Below, piece after piece: positions 50,375 to 53,682 of a stretch of DNA of 53,682 nt. The notes under the pieces are model-generated. The model did no database searches and was not told where the DNA came from. It was given only the letters and a program-made list of their open reading frames with translations. This DNA is from Prorocentrum cordatum. Lineage: Eukaryota. Location: contig CAUYUJ010000301.1 of assembly GCA_963575745.1 (NCBI GenBank), positions 62,001 to 115,682 on the forward strand. Reading direction: 5' to 3'. The position numbers and the translations under genes are program-made. Position 1 is the first letter of the stretch. Every line of letters starts with the position of its first letter.

Positions 50375-51615
50375 ATAGGAATCAAAAAAGATTATTCGGA
50401 AATCCTCCAGAATCCTCAAGAATCCTTTGGGGAATCCTCAAAAATCCTCAAACAAATCCTTCGGAAATCCTCAAGAATCCTCGAATCAGATCCTTCGGAA
50501 ATCCTAAAGAATCCTTGGGGATCCTTAGGGCGGCCCACGCATGCCCACGAGCTCGAGCCGTCTGCGCGCTACCGCAGCGACCTCCGAGCTGGATGCTCCC
50601 CCTGTAGTGGAAACCCATCGGGTCCTCTTAGGATGCCGATAGGAATCCTGAGGGATCCCGAGGGAATCCTCAAGAAGTCCAAGGAAATTATCAGGAATCC
50701 CAAGGACGAGTCCTAAAGAATGTTCAGGAATCCGAAAGGAATCTGCGAGAACTCCAGGAACGCCCGAAAATCTCAGGAATCACAAGGGAATCCTCAGGAA
50801 TCCCGAAGGAATCCTCACAAATCTGAGGGGTCCCTCGGAAATCCTCCGGAATCCCTAAGGAATCCGTCGGTATCCCTAATAGGACCACTGTTGGGGTTGT
50901 ACCAAATCGAAAAGGACCGCTTTAAGGGGTAGTATGAACTTAATAGGACCGCTATCACGGCGGTCGATAGCTTTTTGTGGTAGCAGAAACCGAATAGGTC
51001 CGCGAGCGGGTGGAATGAAACCTAGCGGGGTCGTTATATGGGAATGTCTAAAGAAATACTACTGCTGCCGACGACTACTACTGATGACGACGACTACTAC
51101 TGCTTCTTAATTAAGGATGCCCGAGAAACACCACATGATTATTCCTACGGATTCCTGAGGACTCCCTAAGGGCCCCTTCGGATTCCAATGACCCCCTGAG
51201 GATTCATACGGACCCCCGAGGACTTCAAATGAATTCCCCAAGGAGTTCCTAAGGACACCCTGGTAATCCCAAAGGATTCCCGAGGGAGTCCTACGGACTC
51301 TCTAAGGCTTCCTGAGAATTCCCTGAGGATTCCTCAATTCCTGAGAGTTCTTTGGAGATTCCTTAGGAGCCCATGGGGATTCCACAAGATTCCCTGAGGC
51401 ATGCCACAGGACTCCTGAGTCTATGGGGATTCAACAAAATTCAAAGCGATTCCCTAGTGGGCCCAGAAGATTCCAAAAGGATTCCGGAGGATTCCCTAAG
51501 GATCCTCAAGGATTCCTACGGGATCCCTAGGAATCCCTAGGAGTCCTTAGGAATACATAGGAATCCAAAAAAATCCCTTAAGAATCCGTGGGAGCTCGTC
51601 GGAATCCTTCGAAAT
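50375..51615. repeat. Degenerate ~10-11 bp GGAATCCT repeats in alternating orientation
   Basis: GAATCCT units at ~50375-50880, AGGATTCC units at ~51140-51520, and GAATCC again at ~51530-51615. Confidence 0.8.
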
Positions 51616-51804
51616 TCGGTATCCTCATGATGGCCGAGAACCGAACCGAGAACCGAAAACCGGCCCCCGAAACGAACCGGACCGGTCCTCGACCCGAACC
51701 GGCCGAACCGGACCGCGCCAGCCTCTGACCCGAACCGGCCGGACCGAACCGGCCCGACGAACCGAACCGGCCGAACGGGACCCCCACTCGGGGCTGGAGG
51801 GGCG

Positions 51805-52876
51805 GGGGGACCTGACCCCCCCTCAGGACGGCGGGGATCGGAGGGGACCTGACCCCCCCTCAGGACGCGGCGGGGGCGGGGGGGGGGACCTGACCCCCCT
51901 CAGGACCTGACCCCCCTCAGGGCCCTCTTGCAGCCTTGCGCGGCCCGCCTGGGAGGCCCAGGAGCGCCCCCAGCGGGCCCCGAGAGGGCCCTTAACGCGC
52001 ATGTCGTGCGCATGTCGTGGCCCTGGGGCCCAGGACGACGACGACATGCGCACGACATGCGCCCTTGGGTCCTTCTTGGGGCTCTCTTGGAGCCCTCCTG
52101 GGCCCTCTTGGGGCCTTGCGGGGCCCGCCTGGGAGGCCCAGGAACGCTCCCAGAGGGCCCCGAGAGGGCCCTTAACGCGCATGTCGCGCGCATGTCGTGG
52201 CCCTGGGCGGGACATGACCCCCCCTCAGGGCGGGACCTGACCCCCCCTCAGGACCTGACCCCCCCTCAGGACGGAAGGCGAAGGCGCCGCGGGACCTGAC
52301 CCCCCCTAAGGACGACGGACGGCGCCGCGGGACCTGACCCCCCCTCAGGACGCACGGCGGCGCGGGCCACAGGACCTGACCCCCCCCCTCGGGACCTGAC
52401 CCCCCCCCTCGGGACCTGACCCCCCCCTCGGGACCTGACCCCCAACCTCGGGACCTGACCCCCAACCTCGGGACCTGACCCCCTTCGGGACCTGACCCCC
52501 ACCCTCGGGACCTGACCCCCCCTCGGGACCTCCCCCCTAGGACCTGACCCACCCTCGGGCACCGGACCCCCTCCCCTTCGGGACCTGAACCCCCCCTCGG
52601 GACCTGAAGCCCCCCCCCCTCGGGGGACCGACCCCAACCTCGGGACCTGACCCCCCCCCTCGGGACCTGACCGCCAACCTCGGGACCTGACCCCCTCTCG
52701 GGACCTGACCCCCCCTTGGGACCTGACCCCTCGGGACCTGACCCCCCCCCTCGGGACCTGACCCCCCTTCGGGACCTGAACCCAACCTCGGGACCCTGAC
52801 CCCCCCCCGCAGGACCTAACCCCCCTCGGGACCTGACCCCCCCCTCGGGACCTGACCCCCCCCCTCGGGACCTGAC
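51805..52876 (+). repeat. ~17-21 bp minisatellite GGACCTGAC(C)nTC(G/A), interrupted by a 180-bp-period duplication (51920-52207)
   Basis: Dense array at 52220-52876 with variable C-run length. Confidence 0.95.
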
Positions 52877-52974
52877 AAAAATACTTTCCCCGGGAAAATC
52901 GAACATTCCCCGGGAAAATCGAACATTCCCCGGGACAACCCTTCCCAGGCTTGATTCCCAGGTAGAATCTGTGA

Positions 52975-53390
52975 GAGACTTCTGAAAGGCTTCTGAGAGG
53001 CTTCTGATTGGGTTTCTGAGAGTATTATATGAGGCTTCTGATTGGCTTTCTGAAAGTATTCTATAAGGCTTCTGAGAGGCTTCTGATTGGGTTTCTGAGA
53101 ATATTATATGAAGCTTCTGAGAGGCTTCTGATTGGGTTTCTGAGAGTATTCTATGAGGCTTCTGAGAGTACTCTATGAGGCTTCTGAGAGGCTTCTGGAT
53201 GGGTTTCTGAAAGGCTTCCGAGAGGCTTCTGATTGGGTTTCTGAGAGGCTTCCGAGAGGCTTCTGAATGGGTTTTTGAGAGGCTTCCGAGAGGCTTCTGA
53301 ATGGGTTTCTGGGAGGCTTCCGAGAGGCTTCTGAATGAGTTTCTGGGAGGCTTCCGAGAGGCTTGCGAATGGGTTTCTGAAAGGCTTCTG
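52975..53390 (-). repeat. ~10-11 bp TTCTGAGAGGC repeat with ~32-33 bp higher-order period
   Basis: Repeated GGCTTCTGAGAGGCTTCTGATTGGGTTTCTGAGA. Confidence 0.9.
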
Positions 53391-53550
53391 CGGACCCTGG
53401 AGGCCATGTTCGGGCCGCGGGGCCTGAAACATGTCCCCAGGGTGCAAAACCGCGTCGGACGGCCCGCCCGCCAGTTCGGTTCGGCCAGGAGGAGAAAAAC
53501 AACGAGGAGGAGGAGGAGAAGGGGGAGGAGGGGGAGGAGGAGGAGACAAA

Positions 53551-53586
53551 CTACTACTACCACTACCACTACCACTACCACTACCA

Positions 53587-53671
<85 letters not shown>

Positions 53672-53682
53672 GACTACGACTA
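53551..53682. repeat. (CTA)n microsatellite to window end
   Basis: Direct observation. Confidence 0.95.

Overview
This is eukaryotic, repeat-dominated genomic DNA. A dinoflagellate origin is inferred from a degenerate tandem spliced-leader (DinoSL) relic, candidate exons with AG|GC donors, and very large trinucleotide microsatellites. Almost all ORFs in the track are artefacts of microsatellites and satellites. There is one solid protein-coding gene: an intronless, divergent cytochrome-b5-fused front-end fatty-acid desaturase (minus strand, 21587-22906). A hydrophobic-start ORF downstream of the SL relic runs off the left edge. Several short candidate exons suggest an intron-rich minus-strand gene that may span the desaturase; one carries a YxxxxLL eIF4E-binding-like motif. 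There is also a phase-compatible plus-strand exon pair. Mobile DNA includes decayed RTE-like and CRE-like non-LTR retrotransposon fragments, several MITE-like inverted-repeat families (one nested, one Tourist/Harbinger-like), a 166-bp loopless palindrome, an inverted pair of satellite-carrying elements, and tandem arrays with periods of about 10, 19, 77, 89, 90, 103, 110, 115 and 1100 bp. I found no tRNA, rRNA or CRISPR array. I cannot claim a confirmed new biological system; the best leads are listed as findings.
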